From a virus (lineage: Duplodnaviria; Caudoviricetes), in IMG/VR virus record IMGVR_UViG_3300025450_000002, positions 1,738-65,737 of that record: a DNA stretch of 64,000 bases. One strand, written 5' to 3'. Numbering within the stretch: the first letter of the stretch is position 1; each line of letters opens with the position of its first letter. Positions 1 through 9,001 of the stretch are shown here, in pieces. A program made the translations under genes and the position numbers. Under the pieces are notes generated by a model. The model was not told the origin of the DNA, ran no database searches, and saw only the letters and a program-made list of their open reading frames with translations.

Positions 1-341
1 GTTCCACGTACTGCTGAACCACCAACTGTGTAGTTAATAAATTCTGTCCATGTATGAGATGCCATTGTATCGGCAGCAGCAAATGTTGTTGAGTTACCGA
101 TCAAACCTAAGAATGGTCCAACAACGGTATATGCAGAGCCTCTTAATAATGTATCAAGCATTAACTGTTTACCAACAGCAACTACTAAGTTAGGAAACTT
201 TTCTTCCCACTTTAAGTTACCATCTACATCACGGCATTCAACATGGTAATGTCCATCTACCCCCATACCTTCCGGAATAGCTACATTTGCTTGTAATGTT
301 GCTACAGCGTTATCACCGCAGCTTGCTAATTCATTTTGCAT
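1..341 (-). CDS. Virion/tail structural protein, 3'-truncated by window edge (MQNELASCGDNAVATLQ...YHVECRDVDGNLKWEEKFPNLVV)
   Basis: Not in ORF track. Read manually: ATG at 341 preceded by GGAGAG, open to position 1; follows tail genes. Confidence 0.75.
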   Translation of the reverse strand, partial: MQNELASCGDNAVATLQANVAIPEGMGVDGHYHVECRDVDGNLKWEEKFPNLVVAVGKQLMLDTLLRGSAYTVVGPFLGLIGNSTTFAAADTMASHTWTEFINYTVGGSAVRG

Positions 342-349
342 AATCTCTC

Positions 350-814
350 CTAATCTGGACTGCTATAGTTAATACTACTTGTATTAGTTCCAATGGTTAA
401 TATCGCACTGTTGTATGCTGCTGTCGGAAACTGTACAGTAAAGCTCGTAGTACAAATTTTATCTGACCCAAAATTCAACACAAAACACGCTGCTCCTGTA
501 GTTGCATTGTATACCAACGCACCTCGTGCAGTAAAGCTTGCGGGACTCCAAACTGCATTATTAAATGATACATAAGTTACATTGTATTGTGAATTTTGTG
601 TTGGGTGTGTAGATATTGTTAAAGTCTGTCCACTAGCTGTATACCCTGTACCTACAACTTCATTTACGCTTGAGTAAGTAGTAGTCTGTTGCCCTAGATT
701 TGCATTAGCATTATATAAAGCAATTTTATACGTATAAGGTGTACCAACAGCAAAGTTCTCTAATCCACTTAGTAAGTTTTGTTGAAAGACAGTACAGGAC
801 GTTTGGGTAATCAT
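350..814 (-). CDS. Conserved tail-associated structural protein
   Basis: 154 aa with YKIALY...TARGALVYN...LNFGSDK pattern common in phage tail modules; overlaps upstream gene. Confidence 0.65.
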   Translation of the reverse strand: MITQTSCTVFQQNLLSGLENFAVGTPYTYKIALYNANANLGQQTTTYSSVNEVVGTGYTASGQTLTISTHPTQNSQYNVTYVSFNNAVWSPASFTARGALVYNATTGAACFVLNFGSDKICTTSFTVQFPTAAYNSAILTIGTNTSSINYSSPD

Positions 815-1779
815 ACGATAACATTACCTCTAAGATTAGTGTTAAGTTTAGTTTGTCCATCTCTGTAAGCATCGCCACGTTCAAGACCATTACCAAGACG
901 GATAGCTAATTGAAGAGCCTCTTTATATTTATCTTCATAATAAGTAACCATATCTTGTTCTTGTTTCATAAATAACATAGCTTCACGCATAGAACCGTAT
1001 AAAAGAACAGGATCAAAATTATCGCCAAGCCATGATGTACCAGTAGAATTATTTACCGCAGTTATAGGAATAGAAAAACCAACACCAGATGAACCTATAT
1101 AACCACTAGCTGCAGTTAATGTTTCGTTATTAGCGTAAAATTGTCCGCCATTAGTTAATGTAACTGAACTTACTTGTCCGCTACTATTAACAGTAATATT
1201 TGCAGTTGCGCTACTACCAGCTCCAACATTTGTACCTGAATAAACTAATGGTACTTCCACATAATTTCCTGGTGTATATGCGCTACCAGCTGTAATAGCT
1301 CCTAATGTAGAAATAATACCTTGCACGATTGAAGGTGGATAATAAAAATAATGTAATTCTGCGCTGTAAGCGGAATCTGGTGTAGGGCCAAGAATCAATG
1401 ACAATTCATTGATGTTTGAATATTGGCTACCAAATAAAGCATAATATTTTGGAGTTCCTGTTTGGCTTGGATCTGGATATAGCTGACGTATAAAGTTAAC
1501 GTCTTTGTTAAGCAGATAAGTATAAGGAACTGTGTAAATTGACCCTGTAGATTGATACAAGGCTAAAGAATATGTCGATATATAATCGTTTGGTAAAGAT
1601 AAATAAGGATTAGTTGCAGTTAAAGATCCAGTTACATTTTTGCGCAAAGACGGAAATTGAACAGAGTTATAAACTCTCTCTTCACACTGCTGAACAAACG
1701 TAGGAATATTAGCTACAAATAATGATTCCGTATTTTCAGAGTAGTCTTGTATTGCTTGATATAACTGGACGTAGTTCAT
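811..1779 (-). CDS. Head-tail adaptor / tail tubular-like protein with internal beta-rich insertion
   Basis: MNYxQLxxAIQDY N-terminus, ELHYFYYP...WLGDNFDxVLLYG core; position in late cluster. Confidence 0.6.
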   Translation of the reverse strand: MNYVQLYQAIQDYSENTESLFVANIPTFVQQCEERVYNSVQFPSLRKNVTGSLTATNPYLSLPNDYISTYSLALYQSTGSIYTVPYTYLLNKDVNFIRQLYPDPSQTGTPKYYALFGSQYSNINELSLILGPTPDSAYSAELHYFYYPPSIVQGIISTLGAITAGSAYTPGNYVEVPLVYSGTNVGAGSSATANITVNSSGQVSSVTLTNGGQFYANNETLTAASGYIGSSGVGFSIPITAVNNSTGTSWLGDNFDPVLLYGSMREAMLFMKQEQDMVTYYEDKYKEALQLAIRLGNGLERGDAYRDGQTKLNTNLRGNVIV

Positions 1780-1949
1780 TACTGCACTTTTTCTTCTGGC
1801 TGTGTTTCTTGTGCAGATGCAATTACTTTACTAGCAGCAGCTTGTGCTTGCAGTTTTTGTAAAACCATAAACGCACCGCTTTTAGTAGGTAATTCACCCA
1901 ATACATTACACACAAATTCAAATTCATTTTGTTCTAATTGAAAGTTCAT
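1779..1949 (-). CDS. Small hypothetical protein (56 aa, MNFQLEQNEFEFVCNVLGELP...)
   Basis: Below ORF-track cutoff; AAGAGG RBS; stop overlaps next ATG (TAATG). Confidence 0.7.
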   Translation of the reverse strand: MNFQLEQNEFEFVCNVLGELPTKSGAFMVLQKLQAQAAASKVIASAQETQPEEKVQ

Positions 1950-1969
1950 ATTTTCCTCTTTAGTTAAAA

Positions 1970-2272
1970 TTAAGCCATCGGGCCACGTGCCATACGCCCT
2001 TTGGTTGCTGCACCGGAACCACGGACTTCAATACCATCAGTCTTTGGTCCACGAGTCTTGTTACCGATAGATACAGTCATAGCAGGACCGCCAGGGACTA
2101 GTTCATCGGCTCTCATAGTATTTGGATCTTTCATATCATGTCCAGTAGCTTTACGTTCTGCAGCTACGCCAGTACCATTCTTTTCGTACTCTTCTGCTGG
2201 ACCATTATTCTTAGCACGCCCAGTATGCATAGGCGAACTATTTCTAGTAGTTGGTTTAATCTGAGTAGCCAT
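1970..2272 (-). CDS. Small basic late protein (C-terminal RGxGAATKG motif)
   Basis: 100 aa; coupled to upstream gene by TAATG. Confidence 0.7.
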   Translation of the reverse strand: MATQIKPTTRNSSPMHTGRAKNNGPAEEYEKNGTGVAAERKATGHDMKDPNTMRADELVPGGPAMTVSIGNKTRGPKTDGIEVRGSGAATKGRMARGPMA

Positions 2273-2460
2273 TATTTGCTCCCAGGTTTTTGGTTATGAG
2301 CACGAGCCAAATTACGACCTACTGCTTTCATTGCTTTGCCTGTCACGCCACCTTTAGCCATCTTTTTAACTTTACCGCCATGCTTAAGACCTTTTTCTTT
2401 TAGCATTTTGCTGATAAGTTTTTTATCTTGTGCTTCGTCATCATGTTTCATAGTTGCCAT
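2272..2460 (-). CDS. Small Lys-rich late protein with LKHGG and MAKGG motifs
   Basis: 62 aa; GGAG RBS. Confidence 0.7.
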   Translation of the reverse strand: MATMKHDDEAQDKKLISKMLKEKGLKHGGKVKKMAKGGVTGKAMKAVGRNLARAHNQKPGSK

Positions 2461-2470
2461 TTTAATACTC

Positions 2471-2899
2471 CTAAGTTGTCGATACAGTAACTGTACCTAT
2501 TGTAATCACTAAATTCAAGTCATTTGGAACAAAAGAATCAGCAAATCCTCTTGCCCCGCCAACTGGATTCCAACCCCACTGTGTCTGTCTACTACCATCA
2601 GACGGATAACCTGCATTATTAATATCGTTACTTGCTACAGGACTTACGTATAAACCTGTACTACCTGATGTGTAATATGATACATCTGGTCTTGGTTCAC
2701 GTACACCCTGCGGGTCAGAAACAGGATACAAACCTAACTGCAACTGTGGATGATCAGGATCCCAACAAGGTCTACATACTTTTATCTTAAAAGGTTTAGT
2801 CTTAAGCGTCTCAGTACGTAGTTCATGCAACTTAAATCTTTCACCACAACGGTCACACTCCGCAATCGAATGTTTACCAGAAGCAAACTTATTTGGCAT
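2471..2899 (-). CDS. Conserved CxxC...CxxC (zinc-ribbon) late protein
   Basis: ECDRCG and VCRPCWD motifs; tightly packed in operon. Confidence 0.7.
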   Translation of the reverse strand: MPNKFASGKHSIAECDRCGERFKLHELRTETLKTKPFKIKVCRPCWDPDHPQLQLGLYPVSDPQGVREPRPDVSYYTSGSTGLYVSPVASNDINNAGYPSDGSRQTQWGWNPVGGARGFADSFVPNDLNLVITIGTVTVSTT

Positions 2900-2902
2900 A
2901 GT

Positions 2903-3850
2903 TTACCTATAATAATTCATGTTGCGAGGCACAATACGCCAAGCAGCTTTTTCTCTATCCTCATCAGCTGCTAACGCAAACTGCTGTTCATATTCAGTTT
3001 TTAACATAGGAATACGATTAGGATCAATACCCATAAGTTTTAAAGAAATATAAAACGATAATCCTGCAACCATAACAGGAATCCAACGGAATGGAATATC
3101 TTGATTGATCACACCTGTACCTGCGTCTTGTAAACGTCTCATACGCCAGTAAACAAAATTATATTGAGTGCCAGGATTGCCAGTAGGCCAAATATTAACA
3201 TTAGGTAAATAGTTTACGTAAATACTAGCACCTGAATTATGTGATGTAGCAGTTGTATTATTCTGCCCACGGAAACAATTTAAAAGCTGATTAGCATTAC
3301 CAGTATTAGCTGTACCTATGTTTTGATAGAGTATAGTTTCTCCATCTATATTGATATAGCCTTGACTTCTTAAGTTGGCTGTACTAGCCACATATAAAGT
3401 CGTATCAGTTGCTCCAGCAGTTTGTGTTAATGTAGTTGTAGGAGTTGAATCTACGTTACCTGACTGCCTATCTACCCACACTTGGATAGGTCTCCCATAA
3501 GCATTTTTAGTAGGGATAGTAAGATATGTATCAGCAGATATACGAGTTATATTGATATCTACTTGGCTTTGTCCTGAACCTTGACGAATAACGTGATCAT
3601 ATAAATCAATCGTATCTACAGGGATTGGATAACTAATTTGTCCAGCATTAATGTTGATAGGTATCTGACCTTGCTCAACAGTCCAAAGATTAATACCACG
3701 ATTAGCCCATTCAATAGTTAATAAATTAACACTACGGGCAGCCGTTCTAAAATCATATCCAGAACGTGACTGTGACCCGCATCTTTCAAAAGCTTCCTCA
3801 ACGAGATCGCCCATATCAAGATTAAATGTGGATAACCCAGATGTACTCAT
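2903..3850 (-). CDS. Head completion / tail tubular protein A-like, with insertion domain
   Basis: LVEEAFERCG...EWANRGINLWT N-terminus typical of podovirus adaptor proteins. Confidence 0.6.
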   Translation of the reverse strand: MSTSGLSTFNLDMGDLVEEAFERCGSQSRSGYDFRTAARSVNLLTIEWANRGINLWTVEQGQIPININAGQISYPIPVDTIDLYDHVIRQGSGQSQVDINITRISADTYLTIPTKNAYGRPIQVWVDRQSGNVDSTPTTTLTQTAGATDTTLYVASTANLRSQGYINIDGETILYQNIGTANTGNANQLLNCFRGQNNTTATSHNSGASIYVNYLPNVNIWPTGNPGTQYNFVYWRMRRLQDAGTGVINQDIPFRWIPVMVAGLSFYISLKLMGIDPNRIPMLKTEYEQQFALAADEDREKAAWRIVPRNMNYYR

Positions 3851-3853
3851 GGA

Positions 3854-4147
3854 TTAACTCGCAGCTGGAGTTTCAACAGGTGCAGGTGTTTCTACTGGAG
3901 CTTCAACAACAGGTTCTGGTTCAGGTGCTGGAATTACTGGTGGAGGAGCAATAACTACAGGTGTAGGATCAGGTTGTGGAACAATAGAAGCCACAAAACT
4001 TTTAACAACTGGAGAATCTGAAAAACCAGAAACTACTTTATCACTACCTAAATAAGTAACAAAGTCATTTAATAAATTATGTTCTTCGCTCTCTATTGCG
4101 TGTCCAGTGCTTTTAATATGCATCATGACTCTTTCAAATAAATTCAT
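3854..4147 (-). CDS. Hypothetical protein with Pro/Glu-rich tail
   Basis: 97 aa; overlaps upstream stop. Confidence 0.6.
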   Translation of the reverse strand: MNLFERVMMHIKSTGHAIESEEHNLLNDFVTYLGSDKVVSGFSDSPVVKSFVASIVPQPDPTPVVIAPPPVIPAPEPEPVVEAPVETPAPVETPAAS

Positions 4148-4404
4148 TTTTTCCTCGCTGCTTTCATGTTATCAATTAAATTAGGATAAGGTCTACCAGC
4201 TGCTTTGGCTGCTGCTTTTGCCGAGGCTTTTTTAGCAGAACTTAAATGCTTTGGTTTACCTAAACTTTTTGGTCTAGGCTTATCCCAAACTTCACCGCCT
4301 TTTTTATACATCGTGACATCATCAGGGTTATCCTTACGGACAACCGTTTTAGCTTTAGGCATTTTGGATGGGCTAATATCTCCCATCCCACGAGACGCTC
4401 TCAC
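4144..4404 (-). CDS. Small basic late protein, two modules joined at MYKKGG
   Basis: 86 aa; GTG start overlaps upstream TGA. Confidence 0.7.
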   Translation of the reverse strand: MRASRGMGDISPSKMPKAKTVVRKDNPDDVTMYKKGGEVWDKPRPKSLGKPKHLSSAKKASAKAAAKAAGRPYPNLIDNMKAARKK

Positions 4405-4562
4405 TTTTTACCCTTAGTCATGCCACCACCGCACATAGCTTTTACATGCTCATGATGCATTTTGTGAGCTGGGTCTCCATAATGCTTAGACACTTTTTCT
4501 TGCTCATGCATATGACCAGCAGCGTGTTGTTTTACATGTTCCATATGATGTTTGTGTTCCAT
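4401..4562 (-). CDS. His-rich micro-protein (53 aa, MEHKHHMEHVKQHAAGHMHEQEKVSKHYGDPAHKMHHEHVKAMCGGGMTKGKK)
   Basis: Missed by ORF track; exactly fills the gap between flanking genes; AAGGA upstream. Confidence 0.75.
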   Translation of the reverse strand: MEHKHHMEHVKQHAAGHMHEQEKVSKHYGDPAHKMHHEHVKAMCGGGMTKGKK

Positions 4563-4564
4563 GA

Positions 4565-5017
4565 TTAACATTTTCCTTTCTTAGCCATTCCGCCTTTTTT
4601 CATTCCGGTTGTTGAACCAGCCATTTTAGGCATCATTGCACGTGTATGCCCACGTTCAGCAATACCATCTTTACTAGGAGCGCCTGTTCTAACTTTGCCC
4701 ATAGTCTCTTTTGCCATACCACCACTTGCCATTTTCTTCACAGTCTTTCCTCCTTTTTTCATGCCCATCCCTGCTGCTGGAGCTGCTGGAGCAGGTCCTG
4801 CACCCATAGATGCCGCTTTCTTCGCCATCATCATACGTCTTGCCATTGCTGGATTCATTGTTGCCATCACATCACCACCTTTCTTAAATTTTTTGCCTTT
4901 ATCGGCTTCACTAAAATCTTTACCCACGGATTGTGGGATACCTACCTTCTTAGCGAATGCCGGGGAGTGGGCAACCGCCTCCATCAAATTATGCTGAGAT
5001 TTACTTTTGCTCGGCAT
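4565..5017 (-). CDS. Met/Lys/Gly-rich basic late protein with four xxxGG motifs
   Basis: 150 aa; FKKGG, MKKGG (x2), MASGG. Confidence 0.75.
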   Translation of the reverse strand: MPSKSKSQHNLMEAVAHSPAFAKKVGIPQSVGKDFSEADKGKKFKKGGDVMATMNPAMARRMMMAKKAASMGAGPAPAAPAAGMGMKKGGKTVKKMASGGMAKETMGKVRTGAPSKDGIAERGHTRAMMPKMAGSTTGMKKGGMAKKGKC

Positions 5018-5256
5018 TACTTGTGTCCTTCGATGAATCTGTCGAGTTTTGCTTCGAGCCTATCAAAGCGGTTAATAATTTGGTCCATATCGCTGCGAAC
5101 TTCACTTTTAGTAATGTAATCACGAGCAATTTCCTCTCTTGTTTTATTTAATAATATACCTTGACGTTGTAATTCACTAGCTTTTTCTTTCAGTACAAAG
5201 CTTACAATCGCCCCTAGTACATAGGCTACCACAGTTAATATTTCATAGATAGTCAT
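5017..5256 (-). CDS. Small membrane-anchored coiled-coil protein
   Basis: N-terminal hydrophobic helix, then heptad region RFDRLEAKLDRF. Confidence 0.65.
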   Translation of the reverse strand: MTIYEILTVVAYVLGAIVSFVLKEKASELQRQGILLNKTREEIARDYITKSEVRSDMDQIINRFDRLEAKLDRFIEGHK

Positions 5257-5517
5257 TTAGCATTTCCACCTTTTAAGGCTTGCTGCTTTACGTGTTGGTT
5301 TGCCGTTCTCATCTTTCATTGGTCCAGGCATACCAGACATACGAGCACAGAATGATTTCTTACGAGGCCCACCTTCAGGTTGGGGAGCTTTTAAGTTTGA
5401 TCCCGTTTCCCTGTTATACTTTGCACGACCTTTAGCAGTAAGTCCAGCCCCTTTAGAAACCGGGAGTTTTTCGCCTCTTCCAACTGCGAGACTGGGTCCT
5501 TTCTTCTTAGTAGCCAC
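5257..5517 (-). CDS. Small basic protein, DUF6321-like
   Basis: GLTAKGRAKYNRETGSNLKAP...RKKSFCARMSGM...LKRWKC pattern. Confidence 0.65.
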   Translation of the reverse strand: MATKKKGPSLAVGRGEKLPVSKGAGLTAKGRAKYNRETGSNLKAPQPEGGPRKKSFCARMSGMPGPMKDENGKPTRKAASLKRWKC

Positions 5518-5518
5518 A

Positions 5519-6292
5519 TTACGATCCGTTAGAAATTAAGTAACCTTCTTGCGAAACTGTTAAAGCAGCAGTACCAGTGCTAACTTTTGCTTGCAATTGG
5601 ATATCTGTTTTTTCAGCAACAAGCCTTGGCATTACTCGTTGTGTATGATAGTTATTTGTAAATGGGGCAATGATAGTAACAGTTGGTACACCTGAACTAC
5701 TTGTTTGATAGTTTTGATATGTTGCAAATCCTGCTGGATTGGCATTTAAACTAGTATTGATGTCAATACGACTCAAATAATAAGTATATCCTGCTGGTAC
5801 GGTATAAATACCCATTAAAGTACGACCATTACCTGCTGCAATCTCTGCGTACAAAGTTGTATCTGATGTATCTTTTAAAGTAATGTTACCAGTAGGAGCA
5901 CCACTTGTTACTGACATACTATTGATACGGAAATAAGATTTCACTGTAGTTACAGCTGTTGTACCGTTCAACTTAATAGTTTCAGAAATTTGATTGTAAT
6001 TTGCATCCAAGCCGTTAATAGTGATTAACGCAGTTGCATCAGCACCAGTGTTAACAGAACTAACAAGATGCATCTGAATAGCAGATGATGGGAAAGTGTA
6101 AGTAGTATTGCCTTCCCATACAGGAACAAAAGATGTGCCTACCGATGCTTGGTAGCCATAGATATTTAAAACACTATGACCATAGATTTGACCACGAGCA
6201 ACTTGTAAATCAAACGGCTCATATTTCGCTTGACGAGTAATTGAGTTTACCGAATTATTGGTACTTGGTATTCCACTTGAGCTTTGTGCCAT
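5519..6292 (-). CDS. Beta-rich virion structural protein
   Basis: 257 aa, Thr/Ser-rich; TAGGAG RBS. Confidence 0.6.
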   Translation of the reverse strand: MAQSSSGIPSTNNSVNSITRQAKYEPFDLQVARGQIYGHSVLNIYGYQASVGTSFVPVWEGNTTYTFPSSAIQMHLVSSVNTGADATALITINGLDANYNQISETIKLNGTTAVTTVKSYFRINSMSVTSGAPTGNITLKDTSDTTLYAEIAAGNGRTLMGIYTVPAGYTYYLSRIDINTSLNANPAGFATYQNYQTSSSGVPTVTIIAPFTNNYHTQRVMPRLVAEKTDIQLQAKVSTGTAALTVSQEGYLISNGS

Positions 6293-6311
6293 ATTAATCT
6301 CCTAAGATTTT

Positions 6312-6334
6312 AAAAAGGGGCCCGAAGACCCCCC
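6312..6334 (-). terminator. Rho-independent terminator
   Basis: Minus strand GGGGTC-TTCG-GGCCCC followed by TTTTT. Confidence 0.8.
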
Positions 6335-6341
6335 GGATTAA

Positions 6342-7043
6342 TTAGTCAAAGTTACCATATGGGTAAGTTGTTGCATTACCAATGTTCATATCTTGCTGTG
6401 CATACTTTAACGTAATAGCAATTTGACCAGATGTAGGTGTAGTCAAGCTTGTATTAGTAATTTTTAATGTCACAACAACTTGGCTAAACCATGAAGGTTG
6501 TGTACCAGGCTGAATATTTTGAACATCTTGCAATGTACCATAAGCATAGTCTAACTGTGTACCAACAAATGTAGCTGTTCCACGAGTAGCTGAAGTAATA
6601 GCAGCCATAGTAGCGTATACACCTGTTGAAGTTGCAAAGTTGTTAGAAACATATGGTTGAATTGAGTTAGCAGTTACTGAACCGTCAGTTGGTAAAAGAC
6701 CAACGTCAACGATAACATCAGTAATGTTTGAACCTTGTGGGATTAAAAATACAGCACCACGATAAACAGTTCCTGAAGTATCCGCTGTAGGAGCAGAAGC
6801 TACTGTAGGACCAGAGTTACTATAAATACCACTTTGTGGTGTCCAGATAGTAGCTGCTTGGTTAGGAATATTATTTGATGTAACAAATACTCTAGATCCG
6901 CCACCGTAGTTAGCTTGACCTGTTGTTGTTATTGCAAAATCTAAAAACGCTTGTTGTGCTAACAAGACTGGACCAACGTCACGTTGTGGACCAAAACGAT
7001 TATCGCCCGATAAAATTGGGCCTTCAAATGTACTACGTCCCAT
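6342..7043 (-). CDS. Virion structural protein (start corrected to ATG 7043, MGRSTFEGPI)
   Basis: AAGGAG RBS precedes ATG at 7043; follows capsid gene. Confidence 0.7.
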   Translation of the reverse strand: MGRSTFEGPILSGDNRFGPQRDVGPVLLAQQAFLDFAITTTGQANYGGGSRVFVTSNNIPNQAATIWTPQSGIYSNSGPTVASAPTADTSGTVYRGAVFLIPQGSNITDVIVDVGLLPTDGSVTANSIQPYVSNNFATSTGVYATMAAITSATRGTATFVGTQLDYAYGTLQDVQNIQPGTQPSWFSQVVVTLKITNTSLTTPTSGQIAITLKYAQQDMNIGNATTYPYGNFD

Positions 7044-7049
7044 AATGGA

Positions 7050-7125
7050 CTCCTTATGCAAAAGTTACTATTCCAATCGTTGCATCGTCTGCTGGGGCAG
7101 TGGTGGAATAGTTAATCACCCAGTT
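7050..7125 (-). ncRNA. Structured leader RNA, probable Mu-gpT-DE motif
   Basis: Downstream of gpT-like capsid gene. CUAUUCCA/UGGAAUAG stem, CUGC-CCCA-GCAG hairpin, extra pairings CUGGG/CCCAG and AUGCAA/UUGCAU next to the SD; preceded by TTGCAT-N16-TATTAT. Family assigned from context, not a covariance search. Confidence 0.65.
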
Positions 7126-7160
7126 AATAAGATAATACTATAAATAAAAAATAATGCAAT

Positions 7161-7187
7161 AAAAAAGGGGGTTTTTTAAGCCCCCTT
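7161..7187 (-). terminator. Rho-independent terminator after major capsid gene
   Basis: AAGGGGG-loop-CCCCCTT followed by T-tract. Confidence 0.8.
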
Positions 7188-7193
7188 CACATC

Positions 7194-8096
7194 TTAGTAA
7201 GAACCGTAGATACCTAACGGATCTGATACACCGAATGAATAACGCTCACGAGACTTGTAACGTACGTTACCAGTATCGAAGTCACCGTCCATTGAGTTCT
7301 GTAAAGGAACACGAACAAAGTGCTTTAAGCCATTTGGAACATCAGTAGTTAAGAACCAAGCATTGGTTGCTGTCAAGAAGTGGTTAATTGTATAACCTTC
7401 TGGAATAGAACCATTGTTCTTAATTGCGTTGATATCGTTGTTGTTTGTACCAACACGTAGTTCTGTTTCTAACAAACGTGTAGCAACGAATTGCAATGCA
7501 GGTGGAACAACAAGCTTCTTAGGTCTAGCAGCGATCAAGAGTCCACGTTCATCAGTCCATGCAGCGATCTGAATAACAGCATTTTCCAATGCAGTTTCGT
7601 TCAAGTCAGCAGGAGTTGATGGAGTGTTAGCGTTAACGCCACCAGAAATCAAAGGATGCTGTGTAGAGAATAAAGGTTGTCCGTCACCGTATGTTACTTG
7701 GCCGTTGAAACCGTTGTTCAATACCGCAGCAGCTTTAACTTGCTTGGTATATGCCATAGCACGAGCTAAGCCCTTTGTATAACGTGCAGACAATGAGTCA
7801 TACAAGTTATCTTCGATTGCCTCTTCTGTTAAAGAGAAACCGAGAGCGATAGTCTCATGGTTATAGCGAGCTGTCCATGCTTCTTGTGCATTGTCATACG
7901 CGATGGCTTGGCCTTCGTTTTTGACTGGTGCAGCTGAGAAACCAGACAGTTTTGTTTCTTCTTCAAAAGAACGCTCAGAAGTCTCTGTTTCATAGATTTC
8001 TTTGTGTTCTTCACCATAGCGAGCGTACTCCAATCCAAACAAGGCGTTAAGACCGGGTAGGAGCTCTTTAAGTAGTTGTGCGCGAGAAATAGCCAT
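7194..8096 (-). CDS. Major capsid protein (Mu gpT-like, HK97 fold)
   Basis: MAISRAQLLKELLPGLNALFG...YKSRERYSFG; 300 aa; strong RBS; terminator after it. Confidence 0.9.
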   Translation of the reverse strand: MAISRAQLLKELLPGLNALFGLEYARYGEEHKEIYETETSERSFEEETKLSGFSAAPVKNEGQAIAYDNAQEAWTARYNHETIALGFSLTEEAIEDNLYDSLSARYTKGLARAMAYTKQVKAAAVLNNGFNGQVTYGDGQPLFSTQHPLISGGVNANTPSTPADLNETALENAVIQIAAWTDERGLLIAARPKKLVVPPALQFVATRLLETELRVGTNNNDINAIKNNGSIPEGYTINHFLTATNAWFLTTDVPNGLKHFVRVPLQNSMDGDFDTGNVRYKSRERYSFGVSDPLGIYGSY

Positions 8097-8111
8097 TTAA
8101 ATGCTCCTTAA

Positions 8112-8981
8112 TTAAACGCCAGTTGCATTGAAATAACTATGATAACCGAAGTTCCATGTTACTAATGCTTCTGGATAGCCAGTGAAAGAAAACTGCGCAG
8201 CTGTTGCTTGAGCAGTCGCTACTGCGTTGTTAATAGTAACAGACGTTCCTGAAACCGCTGTTACGTATGTATTTGATCCAGCAGTGATGCCAGGACCAGA
8301 AACAGCCATACCAGGGGTAATTGCGCTATTAGCAGCAGATAGAGTAATAGTTGTGCTTGAGCTTGTGGCGTTAGCAGCAACAGTTACAGCAGACTCTTTA
8401 ACTAACTGAACAATACGGAACGGTGCAGAACTAGTAAGCGGTGTTGATACAGTAGCAGATGCAGAAACTGCAATACCTGCTAAAGAATCACCAGTTGTGG
8501 TAGAACCAGTATTACCAGCAGCGTTACCAATGTAATAAGCATTAGATCCGACAAAAGCTGGGTTGATATACTGAATTGTAGTAGAACCACCAGTACCAGC
8601 TGGGTTAACAACAACCGCAGTTTGGAATACAGCTTGTGGATCGTCAACTACATAACCGATCGCATCAGGAGCGCTTGTAGAAGCATTCCAATATTGATAA
8701 CGGTTTTTACCATAGATTGGTCCGCCAGTTGTTGAGTACTCAGCACCAACGAAGATACCAATAGTACCTGCAACTGCAGATGAAGCGTTATATGCTAATG
8801 TTGAGGCAACTAAGTTACCGATATTTGCGCCAGTACCAATCTGAACAATGTCGCCATTGTACAAACTAGTGCTATAACCGTTAGTGATAGGGAACATGCG
8901 AGTAGAGCCCGCAAATACACGACCACCAATTAGGTTAACTGGCTTTAGTCCGTAAGGACTTGATACTGTAGGATAAGCCAT
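8112..8981 (-). CDS. Capsid-associated (decoration/cement-like) protein
   Basis: PYGLKPVNLIGG N-terminus; directly upstream of capsid gene. Confidence 0.6.
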   Translation of the reverse strand: MAYPTVSSPYGLKPVNLIGGRVFAGSTRMFPITNGYSTSLYNGDIVQIGTGANIGNLVASTLAYNASSAVAGTIGIFVGAEYSTTGGPIYGKNRYQYWNASTSAPDAIGYVVDDPQAVFQTAVVVNPAGTGGSTTIQYINPAFVGSNAYYIGNAAGNTGSTTTGDSLAGIAVSASATVSTPLTSSAPFRIVQLVKESAVTVAANATSSSTTITLSAANSAITPGMAVSGPGITAGSNTYVTAVSGTSVTINNAVATAQATAAQFSFTGYPEALVTWNFGYHSYFNATGV

Positions 8982-9001
8982 TTAAATCTCCTAAAAAATT
9001 G

